Assembly: GCA_965153355.1 (NCBI GenBank)
Contig: OZ231126.1
Location: forward strand, 28,954,001-29,018,000
Direction: 5' to 3'
Length of the DNA stretch: 64,000 bases
Origin: Flaccisagitta enflata
Taxonomy: Eukaryota
In this document: positions 1 through 11,244 of the stretch, piece by piece
Layout of the letters: each line of letters opens with the position of its first letter
Position numbering within the stretch: position 1 is the first letter of the stretch
Translations under genes and position numbers: made by a program
The notes under the pieces: generated by a model
The model's database searches: none
Told to the model about the DNA's origin: nothing
What the model saw: the letters and a program-made list of their open reading frames with translations, nothing else

Positions 1-3000
1 GATAACGTCTTTGTCACTTAAATCCGACGACAGCGACTCATTGCATGAATGCAAAGAAGCGTTTGATGAGTCGAGTGAAGAAATTCCGCCAAATTTGGTC
101 GCGGACTACCAGCAAGGGGAAGGCCTGAAAGTATTGAGCAAAACGCGGATTGACAATAGATCCTGCCCGATCAAAAATCGACCATTGCCGAGAACTCCCG
201 TGGTAAGAAGGGAATTTGGCTCTAGAGACGACACCTATTACGCTTACAGAGCCAAAATGGAACGAGAAACGAGCGTCCCCAGTCCACTGGCGAAGCAACC
301 AAGCAGGGACAGTGGCAGAGACAGCACCGGAAGAGACAGCAGCACTTTCGGAGACGACAACCCCTTCCATTCTACGCAATCCAACGAGACTGGAATACCT
401 TCTTCCTCGACAGGCAGTGACGCTAAGACTAGAAGAGGAGACAGTGGTGCCATGTCGGATGAGCCAGAGGACGTGCGGTTCTTTACCGAACCGGAGGAAA
501 CTTTTGAGGACCCTTACACAACTATGAACTCCGATGAAGGTGGAGACCCAGGAGTATTACATAATCCACAGGATCACCTCCCCGGACATGTTCTTTTCAG
601 CGAAGAGTCCACTTACAGCGGGGAGACCATAATAGCTTCTCGTGGCTCCATCGATAACACTTACTTGGCAGAGGACGGCGAAGTGTACAATAAACTGAAG
701 GATGACGGAAAACCCGGCAAGAAAAACTTGGAGGAATTTCTTGGAATGTATGACTGGCAGAGACCTTCAGTGCCCCCGAAAAATAGGGCCGAGTCGATTA
801 TCGCCGATTTGCCGACACCTGGAAAAGCAGACCCGGTGGTGAAACAAGATCCGTCAATAACGTATGGTAGGATCACGAGTTACCATTGTTACAGTTGAAC
901 CTCGCTCTAATGGACCCGCCAACAACAGAATTCCGCCTATAACAGATGCGACTTCATATTCCCTTGAAGTTATTTTTGTTTTCATTTCCTTTGTTGGCAA
1001 TAACAAAAGTCCATCTATAAAAAATCTGATCAGTATCTGGGTCCGCGACGGAAGGGGGTTATAGATCACCAATTCCATAAGATCGCTATGACCAAAAGAT
1101 CGCTAACCTCGTAAGTTCGCTAAAACTATAATTCTTTACATTAAGAGCCTCCATACAAAGTTTCATGCAAATCCGATGAAAAATGGCAAAGTTATGCACA
1201 TTTTTCACTTTTAGGCTAGTAGGGTGGTTGGTTGGTAAACTGGTTTGGATAAATAGTGTGCATATGTTGAGTTCTTTCATTTAGAGACTCCATACCAAGT
1301 TTCAACCAAATTGGTTGAAAAATGTCCAATTTATGCAAGTTTTTAACTTTTAGGCCGGTAAGCTGGTTGGGTGGTAGGTGGGTTTGGCTGGTTGGCATGC
1401 TCAAACATAAATAAATCACATACATGTGCTGAGTCCTTCCATTTAGAGACTCCATACCAAATTTCAACGAAATTGGTTGAAAAACGCCAAAGATATGCAC
1501 ATTTTTCACTTTTAGGCTGGTAGGCTGATTGAGTGGTAGGCTGGTTTGACAGGATAAATAGTGTACATATGTTGAGTTCTTCCATTTAGAGACTCCATAC
1601 CAAGTTTCAACCAAATTGGTTGAAAAATGTAAAAGTTATGCAAGTTTTCACTTTTGGTGGTAGGCTGGTTGGGTGGTAGGTCGGTTTGCAGTTAGCATGC
1701 TCAAATGCATATAAATCACATGTATGTTGAGTCCTTCCATTTAGAGACTCCACACCAAATTTCAACAAAATCGGTTGAAAAATGCCAAAGATATGCACAT
1801 TTTTCATTTTTAGGCTGGTAGGCTGGTTGGGTGGTAGGCTGGTTTGACAGGATAAATAGTGTGCATATGTTGAGTTCTTCCATTTAGAGACTCCATACCA
1901 AGTTTCAACCAAATCAGTTGAAAAATGACAAAGTTACGCAAGTTTTTCACTTTTAGGCCGGTTGGCTGGTTGGGTGGTAGGTCGGTTTGGCCGGTTAGCA
2001 TGCTCAAATGCATATAAATCATATACATATGTTGAGGCCTTCCATTTAGAGACTCCATACCAAATTTCAGCCAAATCGGTTGAAAAATGCCAAAGTTATG
2101 CACGTTTTTCACTTTTAGGCCGGTAGGCTGGTTGGGCCGGTTGGGTTGGTCGGATCACAAAAATCGGATAGGATGTAAAGCGCCTTACCCTAGCACAACT
2201 TCCCACCAAATATGAACCAAATCGGTCAAAGCATAAAAAAGTTATCCATTTTTTAAAATCTGTTACGACAACGACAACAACGACGACAACGACGACACCC
2301 ACCCGCCTTGAATTATAGTCCGCGTCGGAATGATATTCCGTCGCGGACAAAAAAATAAAACAGCTGGTCCCCTGAAATCCGTTAGAGCGAGGTTCGACTG
2401 AGCAAATTAGTCACGTACATTTTTACACGATCATTTGACAACCAATAATTTTTTTCGCATGAACCCTTGTCCCAAAGTTTGCGGGTATTTGTGGAAATAC
2501 TTCCAAATCCCATTGACCATTGTTCCTTGCGTCAAAACCTTAACAGGAACATCCACACTAGCGCCAGAGCCACCATCGGCACCACCGTGGCGTCTCCTTC
2601 GAAAATCGGAAACGGATAAAAACCTCGCATCCTCTCCACAAACGACCCACCAAGTTCGAGCCAGAGGCCGCAGACAATCCGAGTACGCAAGACCAACGTT
2701 CACACTCACACCACAAACGTCAGTGACGTCGACAGAACCGACATTCGACCGGCGAAGAAAACCGTCAGCGCCGACGTTGAATCCTTACGACACGATAGGA
2801 CATCAACCACCGTCATACTACGACGTGCCCTGAGGCGGATCACCCAATAGGCTTAATAGGCTTAAGCCTAGGGCCCCGCGCCTCAGGGGGGCCCCGCGCC
2901 TGCCCCCCCCTAAAAGGGAAAAAAGAAACAGGACAGTAACAAAACATAATAAGTAAAGAAAAAAAGTAAAGAATAAAGCAAGAGTAGAAGAAAAAAGAAA

Positions 3001-5807
3001 AAAAAAAAAAGATCATTAAGAATTGTGATCTGCATCAGTGTATTTGATGCTCAATGATGGTAAATAATTGCAGAGGTATTATTCAAAACAGAAACAGATC
3101 AGTAACAAAGATCTTGTATCTTTAAAAGAAAAAAAACTATATGTCAAGCTTGAATATGAATGGCATAAATGACATTATTAGCTTTGAAAACTATTTTTAG
3201 ATTTACAGCCAAAAAACTTTTTTTTCAGTTCAATCAAAACCAAATGCTGCATTTTGTTTTATGCTTTGTAATTAATTAGTGAAAGAATAATTAAATCTTT
3301 TAAATCAATAAACAGAAATATTGAATAATGTACGACAAATGTAATTGTAAAAATAGGAAAATGATATATAGGACGCCAGAGGATCTAAAAAAGAGATTGG
3401 TTGTCCACCTTCCAGTCAAGTTTAAAGCCCTGCGCTTTGTTGATCTTCTTCAAGCTGATAGGGGGGGAAGAAGGGGGGTTGGGGGGCCCCGCGCCCTAGC
3501 CAAGCCTAGGGCCCCGCGCATTGTTGATCCGCCTCAGGACGTGCCTCAAAGATGCGACTCTTGTCTTGTCGATTGTCAGTGTGCGAATGGCAATTGCCGC
3601 CACGATTGCGAATGCACCGACGGCCATTGCGGTAGCTTGGCAATAAGTGGAAATATGACGAGGCTTTCTGAAACGAAGCATCAACAACTCGACTTCGCCA
3701 AACATCCGTCGTTGATATACGACCACGTGGGAAGGGCCACGGTGACGGATGAATTGGAAACCATTGAGAAGCAACGCAGATTTTTTCTTACGGAACTTAA
3801 GAAAAGAGGTACAGTAGATCTCGTCTAGACTTGAGATGACGGGGGAGGGGGCAATGATCATAGGAAGCGAAATGAAGCTAAGGGACTGATCTAGATTACT
3901 AATTAATGAGATTCAGATCATAGACTAATAAAACAAGCCCGAGCGGGCAAATTGATGCGCCATCAGCGTGATATTTAAGGAGGCGTAACGGACGGATCGA
4001 CAGACGGACCAACCGACCGACCGACGCACACACCCTCTTATAGAGATGCGATGACGCATCTAAAAATGATTTATTCCCTATGATGGTCAGTTGCCATAGA
4101 AACGTTTCCATGTATTCTCGCTAAAACGATATTATGAGAATTTCAAAGGGAACACAGCTCAAAATCAAATTTGCTACTACTTTCCCATGATATGCTCTGT
4201 CAGAATATCGCTAGTTTTGCTGTTGCTAGGGAGCATGTCTGTGTGACAAGTATGTGAATCTCTCTAGCAACCGCTAAACCAGCGATATTCTTTCTGAACA
4301 TACTGTGGGGAACTTTTGGCAAATATGATTTTGAGCAATGTTCCCTCAAAATATTGATTCTTTAGCGAGAAAACAAGGAAAATTGTTTCCATGGTAACCA
4401 ACTATGATGGGAGTTAAATCATCCTCCTACTATTATTAATCTATGATCCAAATATCACTACTCTACGTCTCTAGCTTCATTCGTCTTTCCATAATGCTTG
4501 CTCCTATTTTCTCATATCTAGACGAGATCTATTTACTGTTAACTCCTGGCAATTACACTTCCTTTAAGTTGACTATGCCATTTCTTTATCTTTTTCTTTC
4601 CTGGTTTCACTTATTCTTTCTTTCTCTCTTTCTCTTTCTGTTGTCAGTGGAGGCCACGCAACCCTGTGTGAGGCTTGGTCCAACCAACTGTTTGTCCGTC
4701 TATCAGTCAGTCGGTCTGTTAGAAAGTGGGAGGGGTGTGGGTGGGGATTGGATCCCCCTGCCCACCCATCTGTATCACTTGGGTAATTTCAGGAGAAATC
4801 AACCAAATCAAAAAAACCCTCAAATCATAGATTTTGCTCATTTTTGGTGTACGGGTGTGCCCTGGGGAGTTATTTTAACAGGGGTGTATATAATTGAGCG
4901 GCTTTTGATTTTATTCCCCCCCCCCTGCCTTTGATTTTCTTCCCCGCGACGCGTCGCGTAACGTTACAAAATCTTTGATTTTTGTCCCCTCAAAGCTATA
5001 AAACAGTATATTTTAGGTTTTAATAGTGTTAAATTGTGTTGTAGTAATTATATTTTACCTTTTAGTACTGCCAAAAGTATTAAATCTTCAAAAATTTTCT
5101 TTTTTCTTTTTTTCAAGCTTTTGATTTTCTTCCCCATCTCCAAACCCTTTGATTTTATTACCCCCCCCACTGGGGGGGGGAATACTCAACTTTATACATG
5201 CCTGGTTATTTAAAAATCCCAAATCTTTTCGTTCTACGACCAATATTTTAGATTTTACAGGCATTTGAAATTTTTGGAATTTTGAGAATTTTAGGTATTT
5301 TGCTATGGTCTAAACGGTCATAACTCCACTTGTATACATAGGGATGAGGTGATCTTGGTATCAATCTACAAGTTTAAACCTAGAGAATGTTACGGAACAA
5401 AAATTTTATTGGAAAAATACTCATGTTTTTTTCGCCTATGCGGGGCTATTTTGAATACCCCTAGGTACCTAGTACGATCTAAGCCGGATCAACAAGGCGC
5501 GGGGCCCTAAGCTAGGCCAGGGGCGCGGGGCCCCCTAACCCCCATCTTTGCCCCCCCTGCTAACCCCCTTTTGCCCCCCCCCCTGTTTACCCAATAACTC
5601 AAAACCAGTGGATTGAAATTCTATCTAACATGCGCAACTTCCTGTCTGCCTAAAATTGACATATTTACAGAACTTAAAACAGATGAAATAACAAAATATG
5701 ACATTTCCATTACAGTTAAGTAGATCAACTTTCTCTTTTTCTTTCTTTTTTTTTTTTTTCATTCTTTCTTTCTTTCTTTCTTTCTCTTTTTTCTCTTTTT
5801 TTTTCAT

Positions 5808-5851
<44 letters not shown>

Positions 5852-7945
5852 TTTCTTTCTCTTTCTCTTTCTTTCTTTCCCCTTTTTTTTCTAAGGGTGG
5901 GTGCTGCAGGCGTGGGGCCCCCCTGAGGCGCGGGGTCCTAAGCTATAGCTTTTTAGCCTATTTATTGATCTGGCATAGAGTACGATGAAATTTGATGAAA
6001 AAATATTTGGAAAAGATTCTCTGATGTTTTTTGATTCATATCCAAAATAAAATAAAATGGCGTTTTCCTTCAAAGATCCTGAAAAAAGGGTCAAAGTGAA
6101 GTCTTTTGAGTTTTTGATATGAACAAAACAACATCAGAGAATCTTTTCCAAATATTTTTTCACTAAATTTCATCGTACTAGGTACCTAGGGGTACCTTAA
6201 ATGGCCCCACATAGGCAAAAAAACCACAGAATAAATATTTTTTCAAAAAAATTTTTGTTCTGTAACATTCTTTAAGCTAAAACTTGTAGATTGATACCAA
6301 GATCACCTCATTCCTATATATACACTTGGAGTTATGACCATTTAAACCCTTGCAAAATACCCAAAATTCTTAAAATTCCAAAAATTTCAAACGCCCGTAA
6401 TCTTAAATATTGGTAGTAGAACAAAAAGATTCGGGATTTTTAAACAACTACTCAGGGCACACCTGTACACCAAAAATGAGTAAAATCTATGATTTGAGGG
6501 TTTTATGATTTGGTTGGTTTCTCCTGAAATTACCCACCTGCTTTTCTTTGTTCCATTCATTCACCCTTTTTGGGCAGCGGCCCCAAAGGGCCGATGTCCT
6601 GTAGGACACAGGGGGGAATTTCGAGACGTCCGTCTGTCCTTCCGTCCATCCATCCGTCCGTCCATCCGTCTGTCTGTCCATCCGTCCCCCCCCTTGGCCA
6701 TCGGGGGCCTCAATTTTGCTCTTTTAGGCCTGATTTTGGCCCTCTGAGCCATCAGAATAGGCTGTATAGCCCTTTCAGACCTCAATTTAGCCCTAGAGAC
6801 CTTAAATCAGCTCTCCAGACATCATATCTGCCCTCAAGACCTCAAATCAGCCCTCCAGCCCTCAAATCCGCCCTCCAGGCCTCAAATCAGCTCCTTAGGC
6901 CTCAAATTTGTCCTGTAAGCCTCCATCCTGCCCCTAAAATCTCGAATCTGCTCTTTTGGACTAAATTCTGCCCTTCGTACTTCTCGAAATTCACCCCAGT
7001 ACAGTACAGGACTTCTCGAAATTTACCCCGGTACAGTATAGGACATCGGCCCTTTGGGGCCACTGCCCTGCTCTCACTCCACTATGTCACTTAATCACTC
7101 CAAGCAGGGCATCGGGTACCGCTGACCATGTGCGATCCTTGGATGACTAGTTGGACAGTGGCCCCCAAGGCCCCTAGGGGCCAATGACCTAGGATTGTAT
7201 ACAGAGCAATTGTTTCTCCATTTCCTGTCCCCCCCACCTCAAATCCTTCCAGAAAGGCTCCAAACCCTGCCAGAAAGGCCTCAAATCAGCCATCTCGCAC
7301 CTATGATGAACCTTCTCAAGCCTAAAATCACCTTCCCAGACCAGCCATCTCAGGCCGCAAATCATGCCTCAAAGGCCTCCAATCAGCTCTTCTAGGCAAA
7401 TTAGCCCTCTCCAGTCATGAATTAGCCTACTCAAGCCTCAAATGAGCATTCTCAAATCAGCCCGCTGACGCTCAAGCGACCTGTTCTCCATTCTGTCGCT
7501 AGTTTTCTTTTTCTTTTCCTGACTTACTAACATTCTTCCTTTCTCTTTTTCTACATCCTCTATTCTAATTTTTCTTTCTTGGGTTTACCGCCCTCACACC
7601 CAGGTTTGATCTATAAATCCTCCACCTGGCTCCTCAGCAGTGGACATCACTGACTGGATCTTCATCTACTTGCTTGAACATAACTTCCTACGAAAAAATG
7701 CGATAATTGACCACGACAAAAACTGTTCTATGAATGAATTTTTTGACATCCACCCAGGTTCGTTGCCAATGATTCGCATACCAATTTTGAACGACGTTGG
7801 AGCATCTGACTATGATGTCCCCAAAGGATGTGAAGAAACCTCTTGTCCCTGTACCGTCGCCGGTGTGGCTTTTCCCTCTCCTAAACTACCACCAAAGAAA
7901 AAGAACTCGTCAGTCCCAATACTTCCTCCCAAAAAACATATGTGA
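1..7945 (+). CDS. 3' portion of an unidentified spliced gene; Ser/Pro-rich, adaptor/docking-like protein
   Basis: Exons: <2-866 (open from window start, ends TAT G|GTAGGA, phase 1); 2547-2824 (TTAACAG| acceptor, phase 1); 3538-3808 (ends AGA G|GTACAG); probable last exon 7638-7945 (CTCCTCAG|CA GTG, phase 1, stop TGA). Recurrent YDVP/YDTI and PSVPPK/PKLPPKK/PILPPKK motifs link the pieces. Last-exon linkage is less certain. Confidence 0.65.
2..866 (+). CDS. Large coding exon of the unidentified gene (5'-truncated by window)
   Basis: About 288 open codons with non-repetitive, coding-like composition; phase-1 donor at 867. Confidence 0.75.
892..2400. mobile_element. Tc1/mariner(pogo)-type MITE with a nested Helentron-like insertion
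   Basis: TA|CAGTTGAACCTCGCTCTAA ... TTAGAGCGAGGTTCGACTG terminal inverted repeats; right-hand TA not preserved. Confidence 0.65.
1022..2348 (-). mobile_element. Helentron/DINE-1-like non-autonomous element, family A, with ~143/~160-bp alternating internal tandem repeats
   Basis: Subterminal IR GTCCGCGACGGAA at ~1041; terminal hairpin GTCCGCGTCGGAAT..ATTCCGTCGCGGAC; (ACG/ACA)n microsatellite; A-tract flanks; near-identical copy at 37795-39136. Confidence 0.75.
2547..3808 (+). CDS. Coding exon of the unidentified gene interrupted by a transposon at 2830-3537
   Basis: Removing the element and one TSD copy gives a continuous ORF ...PPSYYDVPQRCDSCLVDCQCANGNC...LKKRG. Confidence 0.7.
2830..3537. 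mobile_element. hAT-like MITE (8-bp TSD) inside a coding exon
   Basis: TIR CTGAGGCGGATCA...TGATCCGCCTCAG; TSD GACGTGCC at 2822-2829 and 3538-3545. Confidence 0.9.
4879..5204. mobile_element. hAT-like MITE (CAGG termini), same family as 51276-51581
   Basis: CAGGGGTGTATA...TATACATGCCTG; shares the CGACGCGTCGC core with the inverted copy at 51276; TSD degenerate. Confidence 0.7.
5479..5978. mobile_element. hAT-like MITE related to 2830-3537, opposite orientation
   Basis: CTAAGCCGGATCA...TGATCTGGCATAG; TSD AGTACGAT at 5471-5478 and 5979-5986; shared GGGGCCCC..CCTGAGGCGCGGG subterminal motifs. Confidence 0.85.
6567..7152 (+). mobile_element. Helentron/DINE-like element, family C (GGGCAGCGGCCCC ends)
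   Basis: TTTTGGGCAGCGGCCCCAAAGGGCCGATG start, (TCCG/TCCA)n, degenerate ~21-bp CCTCAAATC repeats, inverted subterminal copy at ~7042-7070; relatives at 55287-55545 and 56650-60690. Confidence 0.6.
7638..7945 (+). CDS. Probable terminal coding exon of the unidentified gene
   Basis: ORF VDITDWIFIY...DYDVP...PKLPPKKK...PILPPKKHM*; phase-1 acceptor at 7635-7637. Confidence 0.55.
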
Positions 7946-9042
7946 ATTTTGTTTTTTGAAGTCGGAATGAGCTACCTAACTTCGGCTGAAGTTACCGCCA
8001 CAAAATCTCCGGATTCTACACTGTCATAATTCAATGAATAATTGGCGCAGATGAGTCTAAAAAGCTTTCCACGTCAACCCTTTCATTTCATGGCACTTCC
8101 ACTAGATGAAATGTTTTCGGAATGATAGAAAAACATCTTAGCAATGGCAGTCAGTAATAATAATTATTATGATTCATGAAATCATACAGGAGCATTTACA
8201 AATTTACACTAGCTGACATCATTGTAAGTTATGGTACAGCGATTTGACTTGAAAAATAAGTATCACAGAACTTCGTCAGCTTCGAGAGTTAGCCATGCAT
8301 CGCCCAAAAATGCTTTAAATATCAGGTTTCCAAAAATCAGCCCATCATCAAACTATCGCCAGTTTTTTATTTTGGGGAAGGGAGATTACTACAGAGATGG
8401 CCGGAATTTTACTTAACGTATGATTGAACACCCCCAGCAGGTACAGATTTTAATCAGATTTAGTCAACATCCTCAGGTCCTGGCAAAACTATGAATTCTC
8501 TAATATGCAAAGGATGATAGCCTCCGGATTGCTCACAACTATCCTTTACTGTATTTGACCAGCTAGACTAAGCAAATCAACTCGCCCTCCCCCCCCCTTT
8601 TACCAAAAGGAAAACCATTTGATGAAACTAAGTGGGCCGGGCGGTAGGGAACGCGTTTCCTGATTTTAGGGCGAATTTCTTTCTACAAAGAAGAAAAACA
8701 AGGTGGAATACACAGCTACCCTTATCGCATGCAAGTGGGCAGGGGCAGTAATCCTAAGATTGCCCGACGCCCATGACCACCGAAGCAAAGAAAGTGTTAA
8801 CGACTAAAATTTGTGTCGCGTGCACGTGACTAACCCGCAATGATATAGACGTCTGTCCGTTGGTCAGTCCATCCGTCCGTCAATCCGTCCCACATGCCTT
8901 TTCTGGCGGTTCTTGCATTAGAGCTTTTTTGGCGGTTTTTGCATAACAGCTTCTGTCCAAATGCTTGTTTAGCCTTTTTTACCACTGCCCCTGCCCACCC
9001 ACACGAGACTTAGGTAGCTATGTATACGCCCTTGTTCCCTTT

Positions 9043-9597
9043 AGCAAGCCCGACCGGGCGACGATGCGTCCGGACTGTGTTTCTGCGTGTATTGATCATG
9101 TGACATATATGGAGAGGCAGATAGACACACAGACGGTTAAAACGACTGAGTAGTAAAGGAGGCTCTCAAAACATGTTGGCTGATCATTTGTTTCGGCACA
9201 GGATCTCACCGTGGCCAAAAACAGCCAAGACGCGGTTTTTGCACAGGCATAACGGACCGACGGACGGATAGACACTCTTGTAATAGAGATGCATTCCTGA
9301 CGGACGCATCTAAACAAGCCCGGCCGGGCAACGATGCGTCCGGGCTGTGTCTCAGCGTGTTTTGATCATGTGACATATATGTATGGACAGACAGATGGAC
9401 GAACAGACGGGTGGATAGAATCCTCAAAATATGTTGGTTGATCTTTAGTTTCAGTGTAGGATATCACCGTGGCCAAAGACAGCCGAGAAACGCGGTTTTC
9501 GCACAGGCGTGACGGACGGACCAACTGACGGACGGACCGACCGACGGATGGACAGACCCTCTTATAGAGATGCGTTTCTGACGGACGCATCTAAAAA
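9043..9597. mobile_element. Two tandem short DINE/HINE-like elements (AAACAAGCCCG...GACGCATCTAAA)
   Basis: Terminal hairpin AGATGC..GCATCT plus (GGAC/CCGA)n; similar elements at ~3930-4065, 18012-18310, 27975-28490, 30050-30425, 32695-32840, 48782-48995, 49345-49560, 62462-62660. Confidence 0.65.
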
Positions 9598-10597
9598 CGT
9601 TGCCTCAAGTATAGAAAACTGCTTAGACAACTTTGTCCAGGAAAAATCAAGCCACCCCCTCTCCCCTGGTTTCCCATATGCATAGCCACCAATGCAAAGA
9701 CAATCTCTAACAGATCCTAACTCCATATGTTAAGTTTTTTCAATGCAACTTCCCACATGAAGACAGCAAATAATCCTACCAGTTGAAGTGAAATTGAAAC
9801 GAAACCCTTGAATTCTGCCGTCAATGGGCAAGTAGGGTGGTGTCGCATATTTCCCTCGCGGTTACATAAGCAACTTAAAAATAAATCCAGAAAGGTCGCC
9901 AGCAACCTCACCATCGATGATGAAACAGCAGGTGTAAATTAAACTCGTCGAAAAGTAAATATAAATTTCCTCATGATTTTGCACGACTTGATACATTGTT
10001 TTACTTCCTCCACATACGACCGTGCACAACTCCTCTTTTCCTGCTCATCCTCCTTCTCCTCCCACTAAAAAGCGACGAGTCTGTCAAAGACCACCCATGG
10101 CACTCGGCTCACAAGCCACAAGGAGGAAACATAACTGAAAACAATGGTACAGGAGCGAAATTGACAGATTGAGGCAATGAAACCGTAAATATGAATTTTT
10201 GTCTCCTAAAAACTCCGCTTTAATTTGGGAGAGAGAGAGATCAAGGTTAAAACGGAAAGATGAAAAAAGGGATCACCAGGAAGAATAAAACTCGAGGAGG
10301 CCATTGCTCATGGTCATGATGTAACGTGAAAAAATATCTCATGACCGAAAAACGATTCTTTTTTTTCGGGCGGGCTGTGGAAGAAGGGAAGGGAGGTAAG
10401 GAATTAGTGGCAACAAACGGGGTCGATGATTGATGTGATGATTTCAGAATTCAGATGGTTGTACGGATAGTCAATGCATGTAACAATCTCTCTTCCGCCG
10501 GAAAGGAGGCCAACAGAAGACGCGAAATAGTTCTAGGATCGGTAGTGGAACGAAGATCGAGCGAAGATATGTGTGAGGGGCGCGCGAGAGGAAGGAG

Positions 10598-10795
<198 letters not shown>

Positions 10796-11244
10796 ATCGA
10801 GAGTGTTGCGGAGATCATCTGGACGCGAGAAAGTGGAGATTTGCTTACGTTCGCGCGCATTGTCTTTACGCCGTGCGCGTGCATCGCGGCGAAATAATGC
10901 AAACAAGGGCAGCGTGAGGCAAGGTGAGGCTTGTGGTAGATGACAGCTGGAATCGGAGGGTCGTCTCTTTCTTCGCGTTCGTCGTCCCGCTGAGTTAGTC
11001 ACTTCGATTACTTCTTTAGGAACTTCTTGCCGTCGTTGGGAAGGAGCAGAGCCGCTTTTCGGTGGCAATATAGCTGCCATCATCGCCGCCTGGATGCGAA
11101 AGCGCGACGCGCCGGGTGGCCATCACGCAAAGAAAGACTACTCCCTAGTCGCCATGTCGAATTTCGACAACACAAAGATTCCCTTTGAAGCTCGAGTGGG
11201 AGTAAAACTTGGTTATTAGAAGACGCAGCGCAAACTATCTCCCG

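Larger units (their letters stand above)
4780..6536. mobile_element. Long-TIR foldback MITE carrying two nested hAT-like MITEs
   Basis: TGGGTAATTTCAGGAGAAA...TTTCTCCTGAAATTACCCA, with inverted similarity extending several hundred bp; no clear TSD. Confidence 0.7.

Noticed and set aside
1086-2350. Repeated ~100-aa ORFs (LKFGMESLNGR...), also at 37857-39144
   Set aside because: Translations of tandem units in a non-autonomous element; no recognisable domain
7604-7653. Alternative acceptor at 7603 for the last exon of the first gene
   Set aside because: Gives a stop after about 15 codons and loses the YDVP/PxLPPK motifs; disfavoured but not excluded
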